Part shown: piece after piece, positions 1 through 10,224 of the stretch
Position numbering within the stretch: the first letter of the stretch is position 1
How the letters are laid out: each line of letters starts with the position of its first letter
Assembly (NCBI RefSeq): GCF_000014265.1
Contig: NC_008312.1
Coordinates: 1,560,001 to 1,592,000 of the forward strand
DNA length: 32,000 nucleotides
Direction: 5' to 3'
Source: Trichodesmium erythraeum IMS101
Lineage (GTDB): Bacteria > Cyanobacteriota > Cyanobacteriia > Cyanobacteriales > Microcoleaceae
Position numbers and translations under genes: made by a program
Notes under the pieces: model-generated
What the model was told of the DNA's origin: nothing
Seen by the model: the letters and a program-made list of their open reading frames with translations, nothing else
Database searches by the model: none

Positions 1-537
1 TCAGCAGATTCATCATTTCCCAATTTGGTTAATATTTCTATTGAGCGATCATCATCAATAGAGCTAACAGCATTAATAATTGCTACTGCTAAGCCTACAT
101 TATCAGTCTGATCAAGAACTTCTAGTAAGGTATCTAAAGCAGGCACACCAATAACCCCTAAAGCCATTGCCGAAGTAATCTGAACAACCGGATGAGAGTC
201 ATTGAGTCCTTCCTTTAAACCCTTAATACCTTCGGAAGGAAAGGGAATATCCTTATAGTTATAAGCTATCTGAGCTAGAGCTTTAGCACAACTGCTTCTA
301 ATAGTTGAATTATCACTCTTGAGCAATGAATCTACTAGAAGTGGTATAGTATCTATCCCAATAGCTCCTAGTGTCTTAACTGCTGCTCGCCGATAGACTG
401 TATTTTCTTCTGCCAAAATTCTCATTAAGCGAGGAATAGTCGTTTCATCCCTAGTTTCAGTTATTTCCCGCATTGCTTGATCGCGCAAGCCAGGATCAGG
501 ATATTTGAGTTGTTCAAATAATGACGGTTCTGTCATT
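1..537 (-). CDS. HEAT-repeat protein, phycobiliprotein-lyase-like (CpeZ / PBS-lyase HEAT type). The N-terminal 179 codons are present and the 3' end lies beyond the window start.
   Basis: Absent from the ORF track because the frame is open to the window edge. The reverse complement from 537 reads MTEPSLFEQLKYPDPGLRDQAMREITETRDETTIPRLMRILAEENTVYRRAAVKTLGAIG... It has recurring HEAT-like units (RRAAVKTLGAIG, SSCAKALAQIA, TSAMALGVIG). It sits on the same strand downstream of cpeA, where Z-type lyase genes occur in cpeBA(YZ) operons. Family assignment is from memory of such sequences. Confidence 0.6.
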
Positions 538-538
538 T

Positions 539-573
539 CAGTTATCAGTTATCAGTTATTAGTTATCAACTAT
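539..573. repeat. Heptanucleotide tandem repeat, CAGTTAT x3 plus two degenerate units (ATAACTG on the minus strand), abutting the start codon of the HEAT gene
   Basis: Read directly: cagttat cagttat cagttat tagttat caactat. On the minus strand this gives ...ATAACTGATAACTGATAACTGAA-ATG. It resembles the STRR-type heptamer repeats known from heterocystous cyanobacteria. Confidence 0.85.
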
Positions 574-577
574 ACCA

Positions 578-700
578 CCTCTGAATCATCAGTGCTCAAA
601 AAACTTTTTCTTGTAAGTGCCTTTTCTTTCTTTGTTCCTTCTATTTTATGATTTCTGGCTTACTTTTTCCGAAGTGTAAGTATTTAACGGGACATGATAT
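578..700 (-). repeat. Copy 1 of a dispersed repeat of about 125 bp (MITE- or IS-end-like), inverted relative to the copy at 13277..13405
   Basis: The reverse complement of 674..700 (ATATCATGTCCCGTTAAATACTTACAC) matches 13277..13303 (ATATCATGTCCGGTTGAATATTTACAC) at 24 of 27 positions. Weaker similarity continues for about 100 more bp, including ...CTTAC.A..A.AAAGTTTTTT...TGAT.ATTCAGG. Confidence 0.55.
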
Positions 701-1064
701 TAGTATCCTAAAGAGGATCTTTGTTTTTCATGTTTAGTAGTGAAACAATCACTCTGGCTCAACCCGGAGGCTTGGAATCCGGTTTTTTTCCTATTGTTCA
801 AAAACTTTTCAACTTGGCACAGTGAGTATCAGATTTAGGAGGGAGGTCTACAGGAGAAAATTTAAAAAGCTTATTTTCAGATAATGCTTTAAGTTTTATT
901 TCCTCATTGACTCTGAGCTTTCTCAAATTACTTAAGGAACATTCAATTATGACGAGCTTATCCTCATAATACTAGCTAAGAAAGCAGGTGGGTATTTTTA
1001 AAACTATTCCTATTTTCACAAAAGTTGGCCAAAAATGCCTGAGCTTGTATTACAATTTTCCAGT

Positions 1065-1127
1065 AAAAAAACAAAGGAACTCTTAGTTAGTTACTTATCT
1101 ACTATTAGGTAAATAACTAACTAAGAG
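1065..1127 (-). terminator. Rho-independent terminator of the cpeB-cpeB'-cpeA operon
   Basis: An 18-bp stem pairs 1080..1097 (ctcttagttagttactta) with 1110..1127 (taaataactaactaagag), 17 of 18 paired, with a 12-nt loop. On the minus strand it is followed by a T run (A7 at 1065..1071 on the plus strand). It lies about 70 nt downstream of the cpeA stop. A second small hairpin at 1158..1180 lies closer to the stop. Confidence 0.7.
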
Positions 1128-1194
1128 TCCCAAACTTCTAAAATTAAAGTAGTTTTAAAGCCAAAGTGTGGCTTTGGCTTAAATTCCTAGTTTC

Positions 1195-1704
<510 letters not shown>

Positions 1705-1760
1705 CTATATAAAAATAGATTGGATCAAAAGGTTAGCTCTTAGATTTCAATTAGGTGATT

Positions 1761-2336
<576 letters not shown>

Positions 2337-2382
2337 TTAAAAGGTTAAGTCTTTAGTTTGAATAACTCAAAACTAAGTGATT

Positions 2383-2934
<552 letters not shown>

Positions 2935-3112
2935 TTATTTTCTATAACTCTGGATATAAAGTTTCTAATAAGAATGTCTCTTTTGTCTCTCTTTCTGAGG
3001 AAGAAAGTAACAATTCGTAAATAAGTAAACATTTGTTACAATTTTTCAGTCAATGAGGTACCAAGAACTTATGATAGAGACAAAATATTTATTCTATTCA
3101 ATAAATAAACGA

Positions 3113-3907
3113 ATGAAAAAGTTAGCCACATCAAAAACTTTAGGGATAGATACCTTTGAAGTTTACCCTTTAGAACTCCGCCCCAATCCTACTGAGGAAG
3201 ATGTACAAATAATAATTAGGGCAGTTTACAAACAGATATTGGGCAATCAGTACATTATGGAAAGCAACCGTCTTTCAACTGCTGAGTCTCAACTGCGTAA
3301 TGGAGAAATTACTGTTAGGGAATTTGTTCGACAGATAGCTCAATCTAGTTTGTATCAATCTCTATTTTTTAATAGTAATAATCAATATCGCTTTATTGAG
3401 CTAAACTACAAGCACCTATTAGGCCGTGCTCCTCAAGATCAAACAGAAATTTCTCAGCACGTTCAAATTTATAACGAAAAGGGATATGAAGCCGAAATAG
3501 ATTCCTATATTGATACTCAAGAATATAACGAAAATTTTGGAGAATCAATTGTACCTTATCCCTATGGTATTACTTCCCAAATTGGTTTAAAAAATAATAC
3601 CTTTAATCGAATATTTTCCTTGTTAGGTGGACCGGCTACTAATGACGGAGATAATCGTTCTCAATTACTTTCTTCTGTTGCTAGTAATTTACCCACTCCT
3701 ATTAAACTTCAAGCTAGAGGAAATGGAGCTAACTATGGGAATATGGGCAAACGTTTCCGTATTGTTTATACTACCTCTAAGGTATCAGCTAGACTGAACC
3801 GCCTCAGTAAGAAAGAATTGATAATCAACTATACTGAGATGTCCCCATTTGTACAAAGAATTCATCAGACTGGCGGGAAGATTATTAGTATTACTGAGAA
3901 AGTCTAA
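3113..3907 (+). CDS. Phycobilisome rod linker polypeptide, phycoerythrin-associated (CpeC-like): PBS-linker domain plus C-terminal CpcD-like domain
   Basis: ...ELRPNPTEEDVQIIIRAVYKQILGNQYIMESNRL...FIELNYKHLLGRAP...YDAEIDSYID-type motifs define the PBS linker domain. The C-terminal KRFRIVYTT...QRIHQTGGKIISITE is CpcD-like. The tracked ORF starts at 3053. ATG 3113 (MKKLATSKTLG) gives the usual ~20 residues before ELRPN, so I prefer it. Confidence 0.85.
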   Translation: MKKLATSKTLGIDTFEVYPLELRPNPTEEDVQIIIRAVYKQILGNQYIMESNRLSTAESQLRNGEITVREFVRQIAQSSLYQSLFFNSNNQYRFIELNYKHLLGRAPQDQTEISQHVQIYNEKGYEAEIDSYIDTQEYNENFGESIVPYPYGITSQIGLKNNTFNRIFSLLGGPATNDGDNRSQLLSSVASNLPTPIKLQARGNGANYGNMGKRFRIVYTTSKVSARLNRLSKKELIINYTEMSPFVQRIHQTGGKIISITEKV

Positions 3908-3948
3908 TGTTTGGTTGTGGGTGAGTTTAAAACCTATCTCTAGCTGTT

Positions 3949-3972
3949 AAAAACTTTGATTTTTAATCAAAG
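3949..3972 (-). terminator. Possible terminator hairpin downstream of the ankyrin gene
   Basis: The stem pairs ctttgatt (3954..3961) with aatcaaag (3965..3972), loop ttt. On the minus strand it is followed by TTTTT (plus-strand aaaaa at 3949..3953). The stem is AT-rich and weak. Confidence 0.3.
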
Positions 3973-4054
3973 GAAAATAGATGTAGATTATTACTGCTCA
4001 GTTTCTATTTCCCCTATTTCATTTAGAAGAAAATCCAGATTTTTTGATCTAGTA

Positions 4055-5539
4055 TTAATGTTCTCCTTTAGCATTACTAAGTAATCTAACAATATCTTGA
4101 TAACCATTAAATTCTGCTAGCATTAAAGCTGTATAACCACTTGTATTTTTATAGGTTAAATTAGCTCCAGAATCAATTAACAATTTTACAGCTTCAGTAT
4201 GACCTTGATATGCTGCCCACATTAAAGCTGTTGCCTGATTATCATCTCTAAGATTAATATCGGCTTCTCTTCCTAAAAGTATCTTTAATGTTTCAATATC
4301 ACCTTGGTATACTGCTTTTATCATTGGGGTATAACCTCCCTGAGCTGGAATATTTATATCTACACCAACATCTAGCAAAATATTAATAATCTCCCTATTT
4401 TTTTGCCAAATTGCTAAAGTTAAGGCTGTTTCTCCTAAATATTTACTATTTAGTAAAGATGTCAGATTTTGCTTTTCTATTGTTGCCAATAAAATTGAGA
4501 CAACATCCGTATAACCATGAAAAATTGCACTGAATAAAGGTGTATCGCCAGCTTGATTTTTAGTAATTATTTCTGCCTGATGTTCAAGGAGAATTTTGAC
4601 TGTTTCAGTATGATTTTCTCCTATTGCAAAACTTAGTGCTGTTTCTCCTTCTAAATCTTGAGCATTAACATCACTATTAGCATCTAATAAAGTAGAGACG
4701 ATCACTAGATTTCCTTCAGCGGCAGCAGCCATCAAAGCTGTTCCACCACTTCTGCTTTTAATATTTACATCTGCCCCTGATTCTAATAATGCTTTGACAA
4801 TTTCTAAATCACCTTGATCAGCAGATAAAATCAGGGCAGTTTCTCCATCTTTATCTCTAAAATTAACATCAGCACCAGCTTTTAATAGTGTCTTGACAGT
4901 AGATAAATCACCTGCTTCTGCTGCTTGTATTAACCATGTTTTACCCTGTAAATTTTTAGTATTTACATCCACACCATAATTAAGCAAAATTTCTCTCATT
5001 TTGGCATGATTACTATGAGCAACTACAGATAAAGTAGACTCATCTATTCTAGCCCCAGCATCTAGCAAAACTTGAACTACATTTTGATAACCTTGAGCGG
5101 TTGCTAAACCCAAAGCGGTATCATGATCTTTGTCTACCACATTAACATCTGCCCCAGCGGCTATTAGCTGATTCACCACTAACAGATAACCATTCATAGA
5201 GGCGACCATTAGAGGAGAAGCACCATCATAATTTTTAGCATTGACATCAGCACCTCTACTTAACAAAACTTCTACTATTTCAGATCGCCCATGAGCCGCA
5301 GCCAACATTAAAGCTGTAGCGCCAAACTTTTTTTTCGTATAGTTGACATTAGCGCCTTTATCTAGTAATAAAGAGGCTATTTGAGTATAGCCCTTTTCTG
5401 CGGCCACCATTAGAGCAGTTGTACCATCTAGAGCTTGAGCATTAGCATTAATATTTTGAGCCACGAGGATAGATACTTGAGCAAAATTGCTATTTTTAAC
5501 AGCCTGTACTAAAGCAGTTTCTTCTTTTTGCGAAGCCAT
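4055..5539 (-). CDS. Ankyrin-repeat protein (about 14 tandem ANK repeats)
   Basis: 494 aa built almost entirely of ~33-aa units of the ANK consensus (G.TALM.AA..G...iv..LL..GAdvN..d). No N-terminal signal peptide or TM segment is visible. Confidence 0.9.
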   Translation of the reverse strand: MASQKEETALVQAVKNSNFAQVSILVAQNINANAQALDGTTALMVAAEKGYTQIASLLLDKGANVNYTKKKFGATALMLAAAHGRSEIVEVLLSRGADVNAKNYDGASPLMVASMNGYLLVVNQLIAAGADVNVVDKDHDTALGLATAQGYQNVVQVLLDAGARIDESTLSVVAHSNHAKMREILLNYGVDVNTKNLQGKTWLIQAAEAGDLSTVKTLLKAGADVNFRDKDGETALILSADQGDLEIVKALLESGADVNIKSRSGGTALMAAAAEGNLVIVSTLLDANSDVNAQDLEGETALSFAIGENHTETVKILLEHQAEIITKNQAGDTPLFSAIFHGYTDVVSILLATIEKQNLTSLLNSKYLGETALTLAIWQKNREIINILLDVGVDINIPAQGGYTPMIKAVYQGDIETLKILLGREADINLRDDNQATALMWAAYQGHTEAVKLLIDSGANLTYKNTSGYTALMLAEFNGYQDIVRLLSNAKGEH

Positions 5540-5799
5540 AGTAATAACTATAATCTATGTTTTGGTCTATTTTAACTGGCAAAGCCAAGAATGCTGGGGT
5601 AAAAACCATCGCTGGGAGATTTAAATGGTACAAGCCAAGATAATTCTCATGTTTTGTGAAAAGTCCTGAAAAATTTATCAGACTTTTGTCCTTCAAAATG
5701 ATGTTGATTCAGTTAAGGTTTTTATAAAAATTAACACAGTTTGGGTGTTATGATAAGTTTTACAAAGTTTTTTTACAAACTCCAGAGAGAATATTAATT

Positions 5800-6267
5800 A
5801 TGGACCTACCAATTCCAGAGTCAATTAAGCCTTGGCTCAATTTTTTTCATCCTCTAATTATGTGGATACTTTTGGCCTTGGGGATTTATGCCTTATATCT
5901 TGGTATTAAAGTTCGCAGTAGCAGAACAGCAACAAAAACAGAAAAGAAAAAAGAATTTGCTAAATTTAAATTTAAACATCACCAAGTGGGTTCCATACTC
6001 CTATCTTTTATGGTTTTAGGGTCTCTAGGTGGGATGACAGTCACTTATATTAATAATGGTAAGCTGTTTTTTGGTCCTCATCTTCTAGCAGGTTTAGGTA
6101 TGATGGGAGCGATCGCTATGTCTGCTTCTCTAACTCCTTTCATGCAAAAAGGCCAAAATTGGGCACGTTACAGCCATATAGCCCTTAACGTTTCATTGCT
6201 AGGCCTTTTTAGTTGGCAAGCTGTGACGGGAGTAGAAATTCTGTTAAGAATTATTAGTAATATGTGA
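5800..6267 (+). CDS. Small integral membrane protein, DUF4079-like (conserved in cyanobacteria and plastid lineages)
   Basis: 155 aa with about four hydrophobic helices and conserved His residues (FHPLIMW, FGPHLLAG, YSHIALN). The family name is from memory and not verified. Confidence 0.5.
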   Translation: MDLPIPESIKPWLNFFHPLIMWILLALGIYALYLGIKVRSSRTATKTEKKKEFAKFKFKHHQVGSILLSFMVLGSLGGMTVTYINNGKLFFGPHLLAGLGMMGAIAMSASLTPFMQKGQNWARYSHIALNVSLLGLFSWQAVTGVEILLRIISNM

Positions 6268-6750
6268 TATGCTTTCTGTTGTCTTGACATAGTATCCCCA
6301 AGGAAAGTGAAATTATTGCCATTAACTAAATTTAATATTTTCAGAAAGTCCTAACAGTAAAGGAATGAAGTTATAGTTAATGCAAACTCCTGACAAAGCT
6401 TGTTAAGGTTACCCATAGTAATTAGTTAGCTTGAAATAAAAGTAAAGTACACATTAAAAAAGTTAGGAGCTTGTTGAAAAAGCAAACAATTTTGCTCATC
6501 CTAGAACTAAAATTCGTCTTAGAATAAATGGTCATAAGTTAAGCAATATTAAATAATGGACCTCTGAGTTTTCATAGTGCGGATTAGAAGTAGACTAGGA
6601 GCCTTGAAACTGAAACTATGGATCTTGTTGGTCTCAGCAAGACTAAAGACTACAAAGTTATTACTTTAACTGTTGATCCCATACACATTCAAGGTTTATG
6701 ACTTGCGTGTTGACTTTAGATTCGGTTAAATCTTGCACTACTATAAATAT

Positions 6751-7509
6751 TTATTTAGATATTTTAGGGGTTGGGAAACCAAGCCCCTCCTTTCTTTTTC
6801 TTTGCTTGGGAAATGGCAAATTATAGGTCTTATGAAAATCTATTTGAGTTTTGTAGCTTAAATACCGTGATACCTGGCGCACTATTTTTACTAATAAGTT
6901 ATTGCCAGTATTCTCAATTAAAGTAGGAGACATTTTCTGAATAAACTCAGGAAACTTAACCCCCACGGTCAAATCTAAATCCCATTCTACTCCAGTCATA
7001 ACATTGGGGAGTCCCCATTTTTGAATCTCCTTCTGATTATGAAATTGATCTGTAGGTAACTCTACCAACTCCATTTCTGATTGAAATTTAATTTCATATC
7101 CAGGAGCTGTATAATTTGGCAATTTAATATTTCTGATTCTATATTTTCTTGGGGAATCTGATGGTACTAGCTCCAAGCCAACTCTCGCTTCTATCTGGTA
7201 TCCAAAAGAACCAAATTTTCCAACTAATAAATCATAGCCATTTTCTCCGAGGGGCTCAACTTTCATTGGATAAGCGCATCTATAAAACCAATTCTTGTGA
7301 GAGTTAAAGTGCTTTGCTACAGTTTCAACATCTACATATAGTTGCATATAGTCACTGTATTTTACCTTAAACCAGGTTGTTTTATTATTTTCTAATGTGT
7401 TTATTTTTATTTTATTTAGGTAACAATCATTAATCAATTTTTTGTCTATTTCTAAAGTTTCATGTCCTGCCAAATTTTCATGCATGGTTAGAATTTTGGT
7501 TTTATACAT
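6751..7509 (-). CDS. Conserved hypothetical protein, DUF1997-like
   Basis: 252-aa intact ORF. The motifs WFYRCAYPMKVEPLGENGY, GKFGSFGYQIEARVGL and VKIVRQVSRYLSYKTQIDFH recall the cyanobacterial/plant DUF1997 family. Assignment is from memory only. Confidence 0.45.
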   Translation of the reverse strand: MYKTKILTMHENLAGHETLEIDKKLINDCYLNKIKINTLENNKTTWFKVKYSDYMQLYVDVETVAKHFNSHKNWFYRCAYPMKVEPLGENGYDLLVGKFGSFGYQIEARVGLELVPSDSPRKYRIRNIKLPNYTAPGYEIKFQSEMELVELPTDQFHNQKEIQKWGLPNVMTGVEWDLDLTVGVKFPEFIQKMSPTLIENTGNNLLVKIVRQVSRYLSYKTQIDFHKTYNLPFPKQRKRKEGLGFPTPKISK

Positions 7510-7747
7510 AAACTATACTTAATAATTTTAGGATTGCCAAAGAGCATTAATTTATCTTTATAAAGTATGAATCATGGAATTATAATTAATATTTATTTAA
7601 TATATTATAGCAGTGTTCATTTTGTTAAACTACACTAGAGAAAATTGTTGTCTATATTTCTGGTTTCTCAAATAAATATGACAAGTCTGGAGACTTTGGT
7701 CTGAAAGCTATTACTTTTTATAACTTGAACTTTATATACATTGAAAT

Positions 7748-8413
7748 ATGAAAGCATTTATTCCTGGAGCAACTGGTCAAACAGGCCGTCGAATCGTACA
7801 AGAGTTGGTAAGACGAGATATTCCTGTTAAAGCTTTAGTTCGTAACTTAGAAATGGCTAGAGAAATTCTGCCTCCAAAAGCAGAGCTAGTTATGGGGGAT
7901 GTCCTTAATCCTACTAGTCTTTATAATGCTATGGGGGATAGCACAGTTGTATTATGTGCTACAGGTGCTAAACCTAACTTTAATTTTGCTGGTCCATTAA
8001 TGGTTGATTATTTAGGAACTAAAAATTTAGTAGATGTTTCAAAGCAGAAGGGTATTAAACATTTTGTTTTAGTTTCATCCCTCTGTGTGTCTAAGTTTTT
8101 TCACCCCTTAAATTTGTTCTGGTTAGTTTTATTTTGGAAGAAACAAGCTGAAGAATATATTAAGAAAAGTGGTATTAATTATACTATTGTCCGCCCTGGT
8201 GGTTTGAAAAATGATGACAATCAATTTCCTATTGTGATGGAACCTGCAGATCGCTTATTTGAAGGTAGTATTCCTCGTACTAAAGTCGCACAAGTTTCTG
8301 TAGAGGCTATTTTTCAATCAGCAGCTTGTAATAAAATTGTAGAGATTGTTACTCAGGCAAAAGCGCCTGAAAAATCTTTGGTAGAATTATTTAGTTCTCC
8401 CTCTTTGCAGTAG
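7748..8413 (+). CDS. NAD(P)-binding atypical SDR (NmrA/TIC62-like) oxidoreductase
   Basis: N-terminal Rossmann motif MKAFIPGATGQTGRRIVQELV. The ~220-aa length and ...IVRPGGL... are typical of this family. Confidence 0.75.
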   Translation: MKAFIPGATGQTGRRIVQELVRRDIPVKALVRNLEMAREILPPKAELVMGDVLNPTSLYNAMGDSTVVLCATGAKPNFNFAGPLMVDYLGTKNLVDVSKQKGIKHFVLVSSLCVSKFFHPLNLFWLVLFWKKQAEEYIKKSGINYTIVRPGGLKNDDNQFPIVMEPADRLFEGSIPRTKVAQVSVEAIFQSAACNKIVEIVTQAKAPEKSLVELFSSPSLQ

Positions 8414-8626
8414 TTTTAAATTGATTTACTACGTAGCAAATTTTGAAATTATTTCAATACAGTAATTATTTTCTAAAAAAATCCGAGCTGTTTTACATTT
8501 TAAAGATGGGGAGCAGCTTTGGCTTATTTAAGTTAAACTATATTTTTATTAGAGACTTGAAAAAATGTAATTCATTGTCACAAGCTCTCAGAAGAATATT
8601 TGTAAAATCATCCTTGAAAATTTTAG

Positions 8627-9361
8627 ATGGGTTCTGTTAGACCAAAAATTATCAGAAAGAAACGACAGCCTTCTAAAGTCCGTTTCATACTTTTTAAACG
8701 CCTAATTTTTATATCGATAGTTATTGTCTCTTTTATATCTTTTTTCCAGGTTTTTAAGGGAAAATTAAATTTAATAAGTAAATCAAATACTCCAATAAAT
8801 AATGATTATAATAAGAAGGAAAAATGGCCTCGACTAGTAATGAAAGGTGGTGACCCTTATATTAGGGCCTTAATGCGAACTATTTCAGCTAGTGAATCCA
8901 ATTATTCTGAGCCTTATCATGTTGTTTATACAGGTAAAAAGGTATCTGACCTCAGCAAACATCCAGACTGGTGTATCACAATTGTTTCAGGTCCAAATAA
9001 GGGAAACTGTAGCACGGCAGCAGGACGATATCAAATGTTAAGTAATACTTGGTATCTGATGGCAAAACGTTATTATCCTAGACATCATGATTCGTTTATG
9101 TTTTGGAAATCTTATAGTTTTGAGCCCAAATATCAGGATGCTGTTGTGTATGGTTGGTTAAGCGATCGCAAATACTGGAAAGCAGATATTCCTGAGTTGT
9201 TAAGAAGGGGAGAATTAAATCAAGTTCTGCAATTATTATCTGGTACATGGACAAGTTTAGGATATGGAATTGAAACTAATTCTATGACGAAGCATTTGCC
9301 AACAGTATATAAAAAAGTTTTGGAAGATGAATTAAGTTTGTTGGGAGGTAGTTTTGATTGA
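8627..9361 (+). CDS. Membrane-anchored glycoside hydrolase family 104 (lambda-lysozyme-like lytic transglycosylase)
   Basis: The N-terminus is basic and followed by a TM helix (LIFISIVIVSFISFFQVF). The catalytic region ISASESNY...HP...TAAGRYQMLSNTW...KYQDAV parallels phage lambda R (LAWSEGT...GAGRYQLLSRWW...KSQDAV). Confidence 0.75.
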   Translation: MGSVRPKIIRKKRQPSKVRFILFKRLIFISIVIVSFISFFQVFKGKLNLISKSNTPINNDYNKKEKWPRLVMKGGDPYIRALMRTISASESNYSEPYHVVYTGKKVSDLSKHPDWCITIVSGPNKGNCSTAAGRYQMLSNTWYLMAKRYYPRHHDSFMFWKSYSFEPKYQDAVVYGWLSDRKYWKADIPELLRRGELNQVLQLLSGTWTSLGYGIETNSMTKHLPTVYKKVLEDELSLLGGSFD

Positions 9362-9523
9362 AAAAAAAGAAGTTTCTGTAGTGGTTGAGTATTTTCCAAT
9401 AAATACAGTCTTCATGTATGGGAATTGGTGTTATGATAATTGATTTCAGTTATGGTTGGAACACTATGGTAATTTGTTCTCAAATAATAAAAATGGTTGG
9501 CAGAATTTGGGAAAATAGAGGTA

Positions 9524-9544
9524 ATAATTGATAATTGATTACTG
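9524..9544. repeat. Heptamer repeat ATAATTG ATAATTG ATTACTG immediately upstream of the rdgB ATG
   Basis: Read directly: ataattgataattgattactgAA-ATG, with the ATG at 9547. Confidence 0.8.
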
Positions 9545-9546
9545 AA

Positions 9547-10164
9547 ATGAAAAATTTTACTCCTCTAAAAACAACTCCTAGATTACTTGTTGTAGCTACT
9601 GGTAATCTAGGGAAAGTTGTAGAAATGCAGGAATATATGGCAGATTTGAATCTCCAATTAGAACTAAAACCCAAGGATTTAGAAATTGAGGAAACTGGAA
9701 AAACTTTTTTAGCTAATGCTTGCCTTAAAGCAAGTGAAGTGGCAAAAGTAACTGAAAAATGGGCGATCGCTGATGATTCAGGATTAGCTGTGGATGCTTT
9801 GGATGGAAAGCCGGGAATTTATTCTGCTCGTTATGCTCCCACTGTTGCGGAACAAATAGAGCGAGTCTTGAGGGAGTTGAAAGATAGCCAAAATCGTCAA
9901 GCAAAATTTGTTTGCGCTCTCGTTATTGCTAGGCCTGATGGTACAATAGCGTTAAAAGCAGAGGGAATTTGCTATGGAGAAATTTTATATTCCACTCGTG
10001 GAAATGGTGGGTTTGGTTACGATCCTATTTTTTATGTTCCTTCAGAAAAAAAGACTTTTGCCGAAATGTCTCCTGAAACTAAGCGATCGCTATCCCATCG
10101 CGGTAAAGCTTTTCAAATATTACTACCTCAAATAAAAGAGATTTTTGCCATTGAGTCTGTTTGA
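9547..10164 (+). CDS. rdgB: RdgB/HAM1-family non-canonical purine NTP pyrophosphatase
   Basis: LVVATGNLGKVVEM..., ...ADDSGL.VDAL.G.PGIYSARY..., ...GGFGYDPIF..., ...SHRGKA are the hallmark motifs. The tracked ORF begins at 9535 inside the heptamer repeat, so ATG 9547 is preferred. Confidence 0.9.
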   Translation: MKNFTPLKTTPRLLVVATGNLGKVVEMQEYMADLNLQLELKPKDLEIEETGKTFLANACLKASEVAKVTEKWAIADDSGLAVDALDGKPGIYSARYAPTVAEQIERVLRELKDSQNRQAKFVCALVIARPDGTIALKAEGICYGEILYSTRGNGGFGYDPIFYVPSEKKTFAEMSPETKRSLSHRGKAFQILLPQIKEIFAIESV

Positions 10165-10191
10165 GTATGTATTTACAAAAGATAATTATTG

Positions 10192-10224
10192 AAGACATAA
10201 TTTACACAATTATGTCTTTTTTAT
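10192..10224 (+). terminator. Rho-independent terminator of rdgB
   Basis: An 11-bp stem pairs aagacataatt (10192..10202) with aattatgtctt (10208..10218), loop tacac, followed by ttttatttt. It lies about 28 nt after the stop codon. Confidence 0.75.

Noticed and set aside
764-789. Plus-strand hairpin (ccgga-N9-tccgg) followed by T7 as a terminator or sRNA 3' end
   Set aside because: The stem is only 5 bp and nothing identifiable lies upstream on the plus strand. It may belong to the repeat debris. It is mentioned in a finding but not called as a feature.
805-975. Start-less 57-codon open frame on the minus strand (DKLVIIECSLSNLRKLRVNEEIKLKALSENKLFKFSPVDLPPKSD...)
   Set aside because: It has no ATG, GTG or TTG start after the upstream TAG and resembles no family I recognise. 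It is mentioned only as possible gene debris and is not called as a feature.
8627-9361. GH104 lambda-lysozyme-like gene as a prophage marker
   Set aside because: There are no neighbouring holin, terminase, capsid, tail or integrase genes. The protein has its own N-terminal membrane anchor, and its neighbours are housekeeping genes (SDR, rdgB). It is more likely a chromosomal cell-wall lytic transglycosylase.
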